Source of the DNA: an uncultured Alphaproteobacteria bacterium
Lineage (GTDB): Bacteria; Pseudomonadota; Alphaproteobacteria; HIMB59
Assembly: GCA_902546975.1 (NCBI GenBank)
Contig: CACCLU010000004.1
Span: forward strand, 89,134-153,133
Reading direction: 5' to 3'
Length of the DNA stretch: 64,000 nucleotides
How positions within the stretch are numbered: position 1 is the stretch's first letter; every line of letters starts with the position of its first letter. Positions 28,338-38,087 of this stretch are shown here, one piece after another. Both the position numbers and the translations under genes were made by a program. Under the pieces are notes generated by a model, which saw nothing but the letters and a program-made list of their open reading frames with translations, had not been told where the DNA came from and searched no databases.

Positions 28338-31336
28338 TATGATCTTACCCTTGAGCCTTCGGGATCAACATAGTGTGAGGATACTACCTCAACAGGAATT
28401 GAAATATCTTTCAAAGGAGAGACAGCATATAGATTTTTACCAATTTTATTTTTACCATCTTTTATAATAGCTATGGAAAAAGGATTATTATATTCAACAC
28501 TCCAACAAGAAGATGAAACATGTCCAAGTTTAGGTATTGGGGCAACAGCACTATTATCTTCTATAATATGTGAACCCTCTGGGATCTTTGTTTTTTTGTC
28601 TAGTGGAACAAGTCCAACAATAGTTTGTCTATCCGACTCAGTGAATGCATCTTTAGATAAAGATCTTTTACCTATGAAATCTTTTTTCTGACTCACCATA
28701 CTATTCAGTCCAACATCAAAAGGAATAGTACGTCCGTCTAATTCTGCTCCTGCGACATGACCCATTTCTATTCTTAAGGTTGATAGAGCTTCTGTTCCGT
28801 ATGGTTGAATATCAAATGACTGTCCTACTTCCATGATCTTCTTCCACATATAAAGACCATAGTTTGACTCGACATTTACCTCATAAGCTAGTTCGCCAGA
28901 AAAAGAAATTCTATAAATTCTAGCTTTGATACCGTCTATTGAAGAGTCCACTAGCCCCATGAATGGTAAGCCCTCATTAGACATATCTACATCAGGAAAT
29001 AACTTAGATAAAAGATCTCTAGACTTTGGACCTGCCACTGCTATACCAGACCACTGTTCAGTAGTTGATAAGACATTTACATCTAAATCTGGCCATACAA
29101 CTTGTAAATAATACTCTAAGTGCGATAAAACATTTGCAGCTTGGGCAGTAGTGGTAGTCATATGAAAATGATTTTCAGATAATCGAGATGTTGTTCCATC
29201 ATCAAAAACCATGCCATCTTCCCTTAGCATTACTCCATATCTAGCTTTTCCAACGGGCAGTTTCAGCCATGCATTTGTATAAACTCTGTTTAAGAATTCT
29301 GGTGCATCCGGACCTTTAATATCAATCTTACCAAGTGTCGTAACATCACAAATTCCAACGTTTTTTCTTACATTTGCAGCTTCCCTATTAACAGCAGTGT
29401 TCATATCCTCAGAACCCCTTGGGTAGTATCTGGGTCTTTGCCATAAACCTGCTGCTACAAAAACAGCATTATTTTCCTCATGCCATGTATGAATGGGAGA
29501 TTTTCTTGTCGGTAAATAGTGATTACCAACTTCTCTACCTACGATAGCTCCAATTGTTACAGGAGTGTATGGTGGTCTAAATGTTGTATGACCAACTTCT
29601 GGAACAATCTTTTTTTCTATTTTAGATACATATTGCAAACCATTTAAATTACTTGTCTTACCTTGATCGCCGGCCATCCCAAGAGTTGTATATCTTTTGA
29701 CGTGCTCAATTGATCTGAAGCCTTCTCTAATTGCAAGCTCTACATCAGAAACTGCAACGTCATTTTGAAAGTCGATAAAGCGTTTTGGTTTTTTTCCAGA
29801 TGGTAAAGGCATACACCAGAGCTTTTCATGTTTTTCATAGCTAGGTTCATTTGAGTTGGGACTATTTGTAGGATTATTTTGATCTGTGAATTTGTTTGAT
29901 AAATCAAAGCCCACTTGAAAACCTTCAGCTAGAGATTGATTTAAGGTAAAAGAACCATTAGCAGCTCCAATTGCAGTTTCTTTCTGTCTTTTTTTATCTG
30001 GTACGAATGCATCAATATCATCGTTAAACTTTAATTTATTTCCAGCTTGGGAAGATAAATGAACCGTTGGTGTCCAGCCTCCGGACATACAAATGCAATC
30101 ACACTCTACTGTTTCTTCTAAAATAAAAGACTCTTTTGAAGAGTCAAGCTTACCAATGATAGCAGAGTTTATCTTCAAATGTCCTTTAGTGTCTGCGATC
30201 CCTGAATTAAATTTTATAGAAATACCCTTTTGCTGAACTTCCTTGACTAATTCACCGTTTGAGCTGTCTCGAGTGTCTACAATGATTGGTTCAATATCAT
30301 TTTTAATAAACTCAAGGGCAGTTGAATATGCTGTATCATTATTGGTAAATATAATTGGTTTCTTACCAACTAATGTTTCATAAACCTTCATATATTCTTT
30401 TGCTGCTGAGGCTAATACAATTCCTGGCCTATCATTGTTTCCAAAAGATATTGGTCTTTCAATAGAACCAGTTGAAACAATTACTTCTCCAGCTCTAATA
30501 TAATGTAGTCTTTGTCTTGGAGTGTATTTTGAGGGATTTTCAATATGATCGCTAACTCTTTCAATCATTACGGTCATATTGTGATCATAGTATCCAAAGA
30601 CTTGTGACCTTTTTTTTAATATTACATTTGGCATACTTTTTAGCTGGGAAATGGTATCACTAGCCCACTCTTTTCCTGACATGTTACCAATCGTAACTTC
30701 GTCAGTTAGAAGAGAGCCACCAAAATTAGGCTTGTCTTCTGCTAATATTACTCTTGCCCCGTTTTTTGCAGCAGCCAGAGCACTTGCGAGGCCTGATGGA
30801 CCAGAGCCAACAACGAGTACATCGCAGTGTTCATAATTATGCTCGTACCTATCTGGGTCAGGTAACAGTGGTGCTTTACCCATACCAGCAGCTTTTCTTA
30901 TAAATGGTTCATAGATTTTCATCCAAAAACTTTTTGGCCACATAAATGTTTTGTAATAGAAACCTGCAGGAAAAAAACGATTTAAGACATTATTGATTTC
31001 TCCAATATCAAATTGAACTGAGGGCCAACAATTTTGACTTTTAGCTTTTAATCCCTCAACTAACTCAACTTCGGTCGCAATGATATTAGGTTCAGATTTA
31101 TTACCATCATGCAATTGTACCATTGCATTTGGTTCTTCAACACCAACTCCCAAAAAACCGCGAGGGCGATGATACTTAAAACTTCTTCCAACTAAATGAA
31201 CACCATTTGCAATTAAAGCAGATGCAAGGGTGTCTCCTTCATAGCCATGATAAATAGTTCCGTTAAAAGTAAAGTTAATTTTTTTATCCTTATTAATAAG
31301 TCCGGTTGAGTTGGTTGTTCTAAAACTGTTAGACAT
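28337..31336 (-). CDS. soxA: Sarcosine oxidase alpha / N-methylglutamate dehydrogenase large subunit
   Basis: GRSFKYHRPRG, VGSGPSG, KRYTTLGM..DQGK, GcvT-like C-terminal half. Confidence 0.93.
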   Translation of the reverse strand: MSNSFRTTNSTGLINKDKKINFTFNGTIYHGYEGDTLASALIANGVHLVGRSFKYHRPRGFLGVGVEEPNAMVQLHDGNKSEPNIIATEVELVEGLKAKSQNCWPSVQFDIGEINNVLNRFFPAGFYYKTFMWPKSFWMKIYEPFIRKAAGMGKAPLLPDPDRYEHNYEHCDVLVVGSGPSGLASALAAAKNGARVILAEDKPNFGGSLLTDEVTIGNMSGKEWASDTISQLKSMPNVILKKRSQVFGYYDHNMTVMIERVSDHIENPSKYTPRQRLHYIRAGEVIVSTGSIERPISFGNNDRPGIVLASAAKEYMKVYETLVGKKPIIFTNNDTAYSTALEFIKNDIEPIIVDTRDSSNGELVKEVQQKGISIKFNSGIADTKGHLKINSAIIGKLDSSKESFILEETVECDCICMSGGWTPTVHLSSQAGNKLKFNDDIDAFVPDKKRQKETAIGAANGSFTLNQSLAEGFQVGFDLSNKFTDQNNPTNSPNSNEPSYEKHEKLWCMPLPSGKKPKRFIDFQNDVAVSDVELAIREGFRSIEHVKRYTTLGMAGDQGKTSNLNGLQYVSKIEKKIVPEVGHTTFRPPYTPVTIGAIVGREVGNHYLPTRKSPIHTWHEENNAVFVAAGLWQRPRYYPRGSEDMNTAVNREAANVRKNVGICDVTTLGKIDIKGPDAPEFLNRVYTNAWLKLPVGKARYGVMLREDGMVFDDGTTSRLSENHFHMTTTTAQAANVLSHLEYYLQVVWPDLDVNVLSTTEQWSGIAVAGPKSRDLLSKLFPDVDMSNEGLPFMGLVDSSIDGIKARIYRISFSGELAYEVNVESNYGLYMWKKIMEVGQSFDIQPYGTEALSTLRIEMGHVAGAELDGRTIPFDVGLNSMVSQKKDFIGKRSLSKDAFTESDRQTIVGLVPLDKKTKIPEGSHIIEDNSAVAPIPKLGHVSSSCWSVEYNNPFSIAIIKDGKNKIGKNLYAVSPLKDISIPVEVVSSHYVDPEGSRVRS

Positions 31337-31601
31337 TAAAGTCCTCGTTCATTTTACACGTATCAAAAATTTCATGTGTAGCGGTGTCTCTTGAGACTTT
31401 AAACCATTGTCTACATCCAGAAACATGATGCCATAGTTCTGAATGTTTTCCTCTTGGGTTGTCTCTGTAGTAAACAAAATTATCCCAATCCTCGGTTGAA
31501 ATTTCTTCTCCTAGTTGAGGTCTTTTTATAGTGGCGTCTCCGCCATAAGAAAATTCATTTTGTGAGCGCTTGCCACAGTATGGGCATTTTATTTCTAACA
31601 T
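31329..31601 (-). CDS. soxD: Sarcosine oxidase delta subunit
   Basis: CPYCG and WHHVSGCRQWF zinc ligands. Confidence 0.93.
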   Translation of the reverse strand: MLEIKCPYCGKRSQNEFSYGGDATIKRPQLGEEISTEDWDNFVYYRDNPRGKHSELWHHVSGCRQWFKVSRDTATHEIFDTCKMNEDFNV

Positions 31602-31604
31602 CTA

Positions 31605-32861
31605 TTAACCGATCCAAGGTTTAGGGCCTACCCCCTTTTCATCAATAATTTTTCCAGTATGGAATCTTTCAAGGTTAAAGTCTGAGTTGAGTTCATGTAC
31701 TTGATCTTGTGCTATTGTATGTGCAAAAACAAAACCTGAGCTAGGAGTAGCTTTAAAGCCTCCGTAGCACCAACCGCAATTAAGATATACACCCTCAATA
31801 TGAGTTTTATCGATTATTGGAGAACCATCCATGGACATATCCATAATACCTCCCCAAGTTCGAAGCATTTTGAGTCTACTAAAGTTTGGGAAGACAGCCA
31901 ATCCACCTGTTAAAACATGCTGTATCATTGGCATATTTCCTCTTTGAGCATAGCTGTTGTAACCATCTAAATCACCACCCATAACCATTTCACCTTTGTC
32001 AGATTGGCTGCAATAAAAGTGACCTGCTCCGAAAGTAACTACGTTATGAAGTAAAGGTTTAACTGGTTCTGAGACACAAGCTTGCAGAACATGTGCTTCA
32101 ATTGGAAGTCTCATATTTAACATGTCTGCTAAAAGTGTAGTGCTTCCAGCAACACACAATCCAACTTTTTTAGTTTTAATGTTTCCTCTTGATGTTTGAA
32201 CGCCTTCTATTTTTCCGTTATTAACATCAAAACCTGTCACTTCACAATTTTGAATTATATCGACACCCATGGAGTCTGCCTGTCTAGCATATCCCCAAGC
32301 AACTGCATCATGTCTTGCAGTTCCTCCACGTGGTTGCATTAAACCACCATGAATGGGAAAACGACATGTTTCTGAAAAATCTGCAAATGGGATCATCTTT
32401 TTTAAATCATCCCTTCCAAGAAGAATTGCATCAATACCATTTAATCTCATAGAGTTACCTCTTCTAGCGTAAGCATTCATTTGTGCATCAGAGTGAGCTA
32501 GGTTTATAATTCCTCTCGGTGAGTACATAACGTTGTAATTTAATTCTTGGCTAAGTGTTTCCCAAAGCTTCATACCAAACTCATAAAAATGAGCGTTTGA
32601 ATCAAACATATAGTTAGATCTCAAGATGGTAGTGTTTCTTCCAACATTACCTCCTCCAATCCAACCCTTTTCAAGTATGGCAACGTTTGTGATGCCATGT
32701 TCTTTTGCAAGATAATAAGCTGTTGCAAGACCATGACCACCGCCGCCTACAATTATGACATCGTATTCTTTTTTAGGCTCGGGGTCTTTCCAAGCTACCT
32801 CCCAATTTTCATGGTTGGTGAAAGCATTTTTTACTAAACTAAAAACTGAGTACTTTTGCAT
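31605..32861 (-). CDS. soxB: Sarcosine oxidase beta / N-methylglutamate dehydrogenase flavoprotein
   Basis: GGGGHGLATAYYLA, GGNVGRNTT, GTARHDAVAWGYAR, GWCYGGFK. Confidence 0.93.
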   Translation of the reverse strand: MQKYSVFSLVKNAFTNHENWEVAWKDPEPKKEYDVIIVGGGGHGLATAYYLAKEHGITNVAILEKGWIGGGNVGRNTTILRSNYMFDSNAHFYEFGMKLWETLSQELNYNVMYSPRGIINLAHSDAQMNAYARRGNSMRLNGIDAILLGRDDLKKMIPFADFSETCRFPIHGGLMQPRGGTARHDAVAWGYARQADSMGVDIIQNCEVTGFDVNNGKIEGVQTSRGNIKTKKVGLCVAGSTTLLADMLNMRLPIEAHVLQACVSEPVKPLLHNVVTFGAGHFYCSQSDKGEMVMGGDLDGYNSYAQRGNMPMIQHVLTGGLAVFPNFSRLKMLRTWGGIMDMSMDGSPIIDKTHIEGVYLNCGWCYGGFKATPSSGFVFAHTIAQDQVHELNSDFNLERFHTGKIIDEKGVGPKPWIG

Positions 32862-32917
32862 GATTCAATTAAACCTCTTCGAAAATATATATTCCTAATA
32901 TAATGCTACAATAAACC

Positions 32918-32936
32918 TGTTCCATAATATGAAACA
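32918..32936. promoter_or_regulatory. Operator copy TGTTCCATAATATGAAACA in the divergent soxB/tmm promoter region
   Basis: Near-perfect copy of the 19-bp palindrome. Confidence 0.75.
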
Positions 32937-33034
32937 ACATTTTTATTATCCCTGTATTTATTACAGATTATGACAAAAAATGGATTGGAAATTAAAATTT
33001 AATTATTAATATTAATTCAAATCGGAGGAGAATA

Positions 33035-34369
33035 ATGACAAAAGTTGCACTAATTGGTACAGGTCCCTGTGGACTATCTTTTTTAAGATCTCTGCATCAA
33101 GCGCAAAGCAAAGGCGAAAATATTCCTGAGGTTGTTGCCTTTGAAAAACAAGAAAGTTGGGGTGGTCTTTGGAATTATACTTGGAGAACCGGGTCTGATC
33201 AATATGGAGATCCAATTCACAATAGTATGTATAGATACCTTTGGTCGAATGGACCAAAAGAGTGTCTTGAATTTGCAGATTATTCTTTTGATGAGCATTT
33301 CAAAAAACCAATTCCCTCCTTCCCTCCAAGAGCCGTCCTTCAAGATTACATTTTAGGTCGTGCAGAAAATTCAGATGTAAAAAAATACGTAAAGTTTAAC
33401 ACAACTGTTACCTCTGTTGCTGATAATGGTAATGGATTTGATATTACATACCGAAATAAAAAAGACGATCAAACTAAAACTGAAAGTTTTGATAAATTAG
33501 TTGTTGCGACTGGACACTTCTCTGTTCCCTACATTCCTGAATATGAGGGAATGAATAGCTTTCCAGGGAGAATAATGCACTCTCATGATTTCAGAGACGC
33601 TGAAGAGTTTAGAGATAAAAACGTTGTCGTTCTCGGAAGTAGTTACTCTGCTGAAGATGTAGCGTTACAGTGCCATAAGTATGGAGCTAAAACTGTTACT
33701 ATTGGTTATAGAAACAATCCAATGGGTTTCAATTGGCCTGAAGGCATGAAAGAAGTACATTACATGGATAAGATCGATGGAAACAAAGCAGTTTTTAAAG
33801 ATGGCACAGTTCAAGAAATGGATGCCTTAATACTATGTACAGGTTACTTGCATCATTTTCCTTTTTTACCAGAAGATCTAAAATTAAAAACTCATAACAG
33901 GCTGTATCCTCCAAACTTATACAAAGGAGTAGTATGGCAAAATAATCAAAATTTGTTTTATCTTGGTATGCAAGATCAGTTTCATACTTTTAACATGTTT
34001 GATGCTCAAGCTTGGTATGTTAGAGACATAATAATGAACAAAATAACTCTGCCTTCAGCTGATGAGTTAGCAAAGGATATTGATAACTGGGTTAAAAAGG
34101 AAGAAGCCCTAGAGGATGCCTATCAAATGATTGATTTTCAAACAGATTATTGTGTGGATTTATGTTCTGCTGTTGACTACCCAAAAATTGACTTTGAGTT
34201 AATTCGCAAACATTTTTATGATTGGGAACACCATAAGGAAGAAAATATCCTGACCTATAGAGATAAATCCTTTTCCTCGCCAGTCACTGGCACCACTGGT
34301 CCCTCACATCATACTACATGGTTGGATGCTATGGATGACTCTATGTCTACATATTTAGATACAAAATAA
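33035..34369 (+). CDS. tmm: Trimethylamine monooxygenase (bacterial FMO)
   Basis: GTGPCG, GGLWNYTWRTG, SMYRYLWSNGPKECLEF, FMO motif FPGRIMHSHDFR, GSSYSAED. Confidence 0.93.
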   Translation: MTKVALIGTGPCGLSFLRSLHQAQSKGENIPEVVAFEKQESWGGLWNYTWRTGSDQYGDPIHNSMYRYLWSNGPKECLEFADYSFDEHFKKPIPSFPPRAVLQDYILGRAENSDVKKYVKFNTTVTSVADNGNGFDITYRNKKDDQTKTESFDKLVVATGHFSVPYIPEYEGMNSFPGRIMHSHDFRDAEEFRDKNVVVLGSSYSAEDVALQCHKYGAKTVTIGYRNNPMGFNWPEGMKEVHYMDKIDGNKAVFKDGTVQEMDALILCTGYLHHFPFLPEDLKLKTHNRLYPPNLYKGVVWQNNQNLFYLGMQDQFHTFNMFDAQAWYVRDIIMNKITLPSADELAKDIDNWVKKEEALEDAYQMIDFQTDYCVDLCSAVDYPKIDFELIRKHFYDWEHHKEENILTYRDKSFSSPVTGTTGPSHHTTWLDAMDDSMSTYLDTK

Positions 34370-34376
34370 ATAATAT

Positions 34377-34550
34377 ATGTCCAATCATACTCTTAATTTT
34401 ATTGGATGGGTTTTATTTATTATATCTGCTGTAGGCTTTATAATATCAAGTATTGGTAGTTTCTGGGCTATGTTTGGAAGTCTTTTTTTCTTTGTAGCTT
34501 GTTTTGTTTTTCTAATACCATTCTTTAGAAAAGAAAAAAATAAAGATTAA
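34377..34550 (+). CDS. Small two-TM protein (57 aa) directly after tmm, not in the ORF track
   Basis: MSNHTLNFIGWVLFIISAVGFIISSIGSFWAMFGSLFFFVACFVFLIPFFRKEKNKD; starts 7 nt after the tmm stop. Confidence 0.7.
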   Translation: MSNHTLNFIGWVLFIISAVGFIISSIGSFWAMFGSLFFFVACFVFLIPFFRKEKNKD

Positions 34551-35716
34551 GGAATATTTTTGTCAATCCCCTTTGGGATGAGTTTTTCTTTATCGTAAAA
34601 TGGTAAATCAATTATTTCGCAGTCAGCTAAATTATCATTAACAGAATCAACTTTAATTTGAAATTCTTTCCACTCACCAGGGTAGTCAAATCGTACATAA
34701 CCCACATACTTTTCTAAAGTAGGAGACCAAGTTGATGCTGAAAGATATCCAATTTTTTGTTCATTTGATGATAAATAAACTTTTGCTCTTGGAATAATTT
34801 CTTTATCGGTAGTTATACCAAATAATCTCTTTCCAAATTTTGTTGATAAAAATTCTAAAGCTTTTTTTCCAATAAAATTTTCTTTTTCCAAATCAACTAG
34901 AGAGCCTAATCCAATTTCATAAGGATTCATAGAAGAGTCAAAATCTGTGTTGTTATCTAGGATGCCTGCTTCAATTCTTCTTATATCCATTGATTCTAGA
35001 CCATCAAATGTCATACCCATCGGATATCCGATTTCACAAATAGTATCCCAAATTTTTTTATAATTAGTCTTATTTCCTAGAGTATAAATTTCGAAGCCTA
35101 ATTCAGAAGTCCATCCTGTTCTAGAGACATATACATTTTGATCAGCTATTTTTGAATAGCCTGAATGATAATATTTAAAATCATTGTTTATTTCTCCATT
35201 TGTCAGCTTTGAAATTATATCTTTAGAAATTGGACCTTGTATTTGTATCACTCGAGAATTAGGGTCAGTTATAGTAACTTCATAGTTTTTTTGATGAGCT
35301 TTTAACCAAGTTTCAAGGGGTCCATCAGGTTGGACGTACCAAAATTTATTTTGCTCTAATCTAAAAAGGACACCATCTATAAATATTCCGCCATTTTCAT
35401 AACAGGCAATTGCATATTTACCCCTGCCTACTTTCATATCTTTAATTTTGCGACAAAATATTTTATCAAGAAATTCCTCTGACTGTGGTCCCTCTATTTG
35501 AATAGGTTTTTCAGGTACATCATACATGACAGCTTTTCTTCTCAAATTCCAGTAACTATCTTTAATTTTATTTCCAACAGATATTGGAAAATAGCGATCG
35601 GCATATACACCATAAGAATTATCTTCTTTATGATAAAATTCAAAAAAAGGTCCTTTATCAAACCTGTTATCACTAATTGGTAAAGTTGAAGATTTATCTA
35701 AAAAAATTGAACTCAT
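34547..35716 (-). CDS. GcvT-family aminomethyltransferase / THF-dependent demethylase-like protein
   Basis: MYDVPE, IDGVLFRL, VSRTGWTSELGFEIY, RRIEAGILD; directly downstream of tdm. Confidence 0.85.
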   Translation of the reverse strand: MSSIFLDKSSTLPISDNRFDKGPFFEFYHKEDNSYGVYADRYFPISVGNKIKDSYWNLRRKAVMYDVPEKPIQIEGPQSEEFLDKIFCRKIKDMKVGRGKYAIACYENGGIFIDGVLFRLEQNKFWYVQPDGPLETWLKAHQKNYEVTITDPNSRVIQIQGPISKDIISKLTNGEINNDFKYYHSGYSKIADQNVYVSRTGWTSELGFEIYTLGNKTNYKKIWDTICEIGYPMGMTFDGLESMDIRRIEAGILDNNTDFDSSMNPYEIGLGSLVDLEKENFIGKKALEFLSTKFGKRLFGITTDKEIIPRAKVYLSSNEQKIGYLSASTWSPTLEKYVGYVRFDYPGEWKEFQIKVDSVNDNLADCEIIDLPFYDKEKLIPKGIDKNIP

Positions 35717-35732
35717 TTAAAAGATAAATAAA

Positions 35733-38084
35733 TTAGGATTTAACTCTTGATTTAGTTGGATCATAAAATGGGAAAGGTACAACCTTAGCCTTTATTCTTT
35801 TTTGTTGACCATCTAACTTACCTATTTCAACTTCAGTATTAAGCTCGCTGTATTTGACATTGATTTTACAAAGAGCAATATTTTTATTTAGAACAGGGGA
35901 TTTCATACCACTTGTTATAATGCCAACTTGTTCCCTTCCATTATTTGAAGGATGAACACAGTCACCATGCCCGGTAGTTTCATTTCCCTCAATCTCAAGT
36001 CCAACTAGTTTTCTTTGAGGGTTTGTCTTTCTTTCAAGTAAAGCTTCTTTACCAATAAAGTTATCTTCTTTTGATTTGAGAGGAACAGTAAAACCAATTC
36101 CCGCCTCAAACGGATCAGTTTGATCGTCGAATTCATAATTTGCAAAAACTAAACCAGCTTCAATTCTGACTAAATCCAAAGCGTCCAATCCCATAGGCAC
36201 AATTCCAAACTCCTCTCCGGCTTTCATTACAGCATCCCAAACTTCAGCAGCTTTACTCGGATGACAGAATATTTCATAACCTAGTTCACCTGTATATCCA
36301 GTTCTAGAAACCATTAAAGGAATTCCATCTAAAGTATTTAACCTAGCTATAGAAAACCTAAACCACTCTAAATCAGTCAATGATGTTTGATGAGGAGGGG
36401 TCCAGATTATCTTTTTTAATATTTCTCTACTCTTTGGCCCTTGGACGGAAACATTATGTAAATTATCAGTAGAAGATTTAATCCATACCTTTAAGTTATG
36501 TTCCTTTGCTTTTTCTCTTAACCATTCACCGCAATACTCATCTCCACAAATCCACCTAAAATTATCATCCGTCATTTTGAATAGTGTACCGTCATCAAGC
36601 ATACCTCCATGCTCGTAGCACATCGCAGTGTAAACAACTTGGCCAACAGATAGTTTTCTGATGTTTCTGGTGCAAGTCATTTGTAAAAGTTCTTCAGCGT
36701 CTGGGCCTCGTACTTCAAACTTTCTTAATGCTGATAGATCCATAATGATAGCCCGCTCTCTGCAAGCTTCATATTCTTGGTGCGCCCCGTAATTATTATA
36801 ATTAGAAGCTAACCAGAAGCCTTTGTACTCAACAATATTTTCAGTAAGTTTTGATACTCTTGGGTGAAAACCAGTTTCTTTAGTTAATTTTGGATCAGAG
36901 TCTGCTTTCATTCTAAATGCCATTCCTTTACTAAAAGGTCTATTCGGTCTATAGACTCTAACAAAAATGTCAGTAGGATTCCATCCATTAGCTGCATCTA
37001 CATCGTCTGGACAGGCAGAGGAGACACAAACTAAATTTTTCAGGGCTTTAAACATCACATAGTCTCCTGGTCTAGACCATGGTTCATCAAAAATTAAAGC
37101 ATTATTTGCATCAATGGCTGTGTTGTAAAATAAATTTATAGCATTCCAACCTAGTCTTTTTCTCACAGTAAACTTATCTAATACATAATTGAAATTATCT
37201 GAGCAATTTGGATGACCAAAATAGCCAATATCATCATAAAATTTCGAAGTACATGCAGTACCAAACGTATCATGTCTTCCGACAGTGTCTCTGTAGACTT
37301 CAACCATGGGCATTTGATTTTCATCGTAATATTTAGAATGGAGACCTGGCATTGGAAAAGCACTACCCATTAAATATCTACTATTAGTTGTATCTATTGA
37401 GAGCTCTTGGCCTTTTTGAAGGCTCTCTGAGTCGAATGCCATAAAGTCAGAACATTGTCTTCCATAAACATCAATTATCTGAATAAAATCTCCCTCTTTG
37501 ACCTCATAGGCCATTGCGGTATATCTTTTAACAAAAATTTCTTCAACAGGATCCATTAAAGGGTCTGGTAATAAAAATTCTCCCTCTTCACGTTTTTTAT
37601 TTCTTTGAACAATTACTCGTAGTTGGGATGCAGGAATATTTTCATGTGTAATTTCACTTTCGCCTGGTGCAGAAATTATACAAACAATGGAGTCGTTTGT
37701 TTTAAACTCCTCAATTGAACCTGAAAGTGAATTTTGAGAAAATACTAAAATCGATTGATTAATAGACTCTACCTCATATCCAAGTTTTTTTAATTTAGTA
37801 CGTGCTATTTGAGCTGACTCCTCCTCGCTCGTAAGGATTTTTTTTGTTAATTGTCCGTTGTGCTCGTTATTAAGACCTAAAGGTGATAGATTACACTCTC
37901 GCTTTGAATTAAAGCATACAATCTCGGCCTGTTGATGGCCTTCTAAATTAATTATTTTAATTTTGTCATCTGGTTCTAATTTTAATGTGAGAGAACCTCC
38001 ACCAATTACCAAATAATTTTCTAAGTCGTCACCAAGAGCTGGTAATCCAGGTTCATAAGGTTGAGTAACTCTTGGGATGATCAT
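35733..38084 (-). CDS. tdm: TMAO demethylase (DUF1989 + GcvT fusion)
   Basis: N-terminal DUF1989 repeats with GRQCSDF, HDTFGTAC, SSACPDD; C-terminal GcvT (DLSALRKFEV, RTGYTGELGYEI). Confidence 0.9.
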   Translation of the reverse strand: MIIPRVTQPYEPGLPALGDDLENYLVIGGGSLTLKLEPDDKIKIINLEGHQQAEIVCFNSKRECNLSPLGLNNEHNGQLTKKILTSEEESAQIARTKLKKLGYEVESINQSILVFSQNSLSGSIEEFKTNDSIVCIISAPGESEITHENIPASQLRVIVQRNKKREEGEFLLPDPLMDPVEEIFVKRYTAMAYEVKEGDFIQIIDVYGRQCSDFMAFDSESLQKGQELSIDTTNSRYLMGSAFPMPGLHSKYYDENQMPMVEVYRDTVGRHDTFGTACTSKFYDDIGYFGHPNCSDNFNYVLDKFTVRKRLGWNAINLFYNTAIDANNALIFDEPWSRPGDYVMFKALKNLVCVSSACPDDVDAANGWNPTDIFVRVYRPNRPFSKGMAFRMKADSDPKLTKETGFHPRVSKLTENIVEYKGFWLASNYNNYGAHQEYEACRERAIIMDLSALRKFEVRGPDAEELLQMTCTRNIRKLSVGQVVYTAMCYEHGGMLDDGTLFKMTDDNFRWICGDEYCGEWLREKAKEHNLKVWIKSSTDNLHNVSVQGPKSREILKKIIWTPPHQTSLTDLEWFRFSIARLNTLDGIPLMVSRTGYTGELGYEIFCHPSKAAEVWDAVMKAGEEFGIVPMGLDALDLVRIEAGLVFANYEFDDQTDPFEAGIGFTVPLKSKEDNFIGKEALLERKTNPQRKLVGLEIEGNETTGHGDCVHPSNNGREQVGIITSGMKSPVLNKNIALCKINVKYSELNTEVEIGKLDGQQKRIKAKVVPFPFYDPTKSRVKS

Positions 38085-38087
38085 TCT

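Noticed and set aside
34547-35716. Calling this gene dmdA (DMSP demethylase)
   Set aside because: It has the GcvT fold but lacks the DmdA N-terminal signature as I recall it, and its context is TMAO rather than DMSP.
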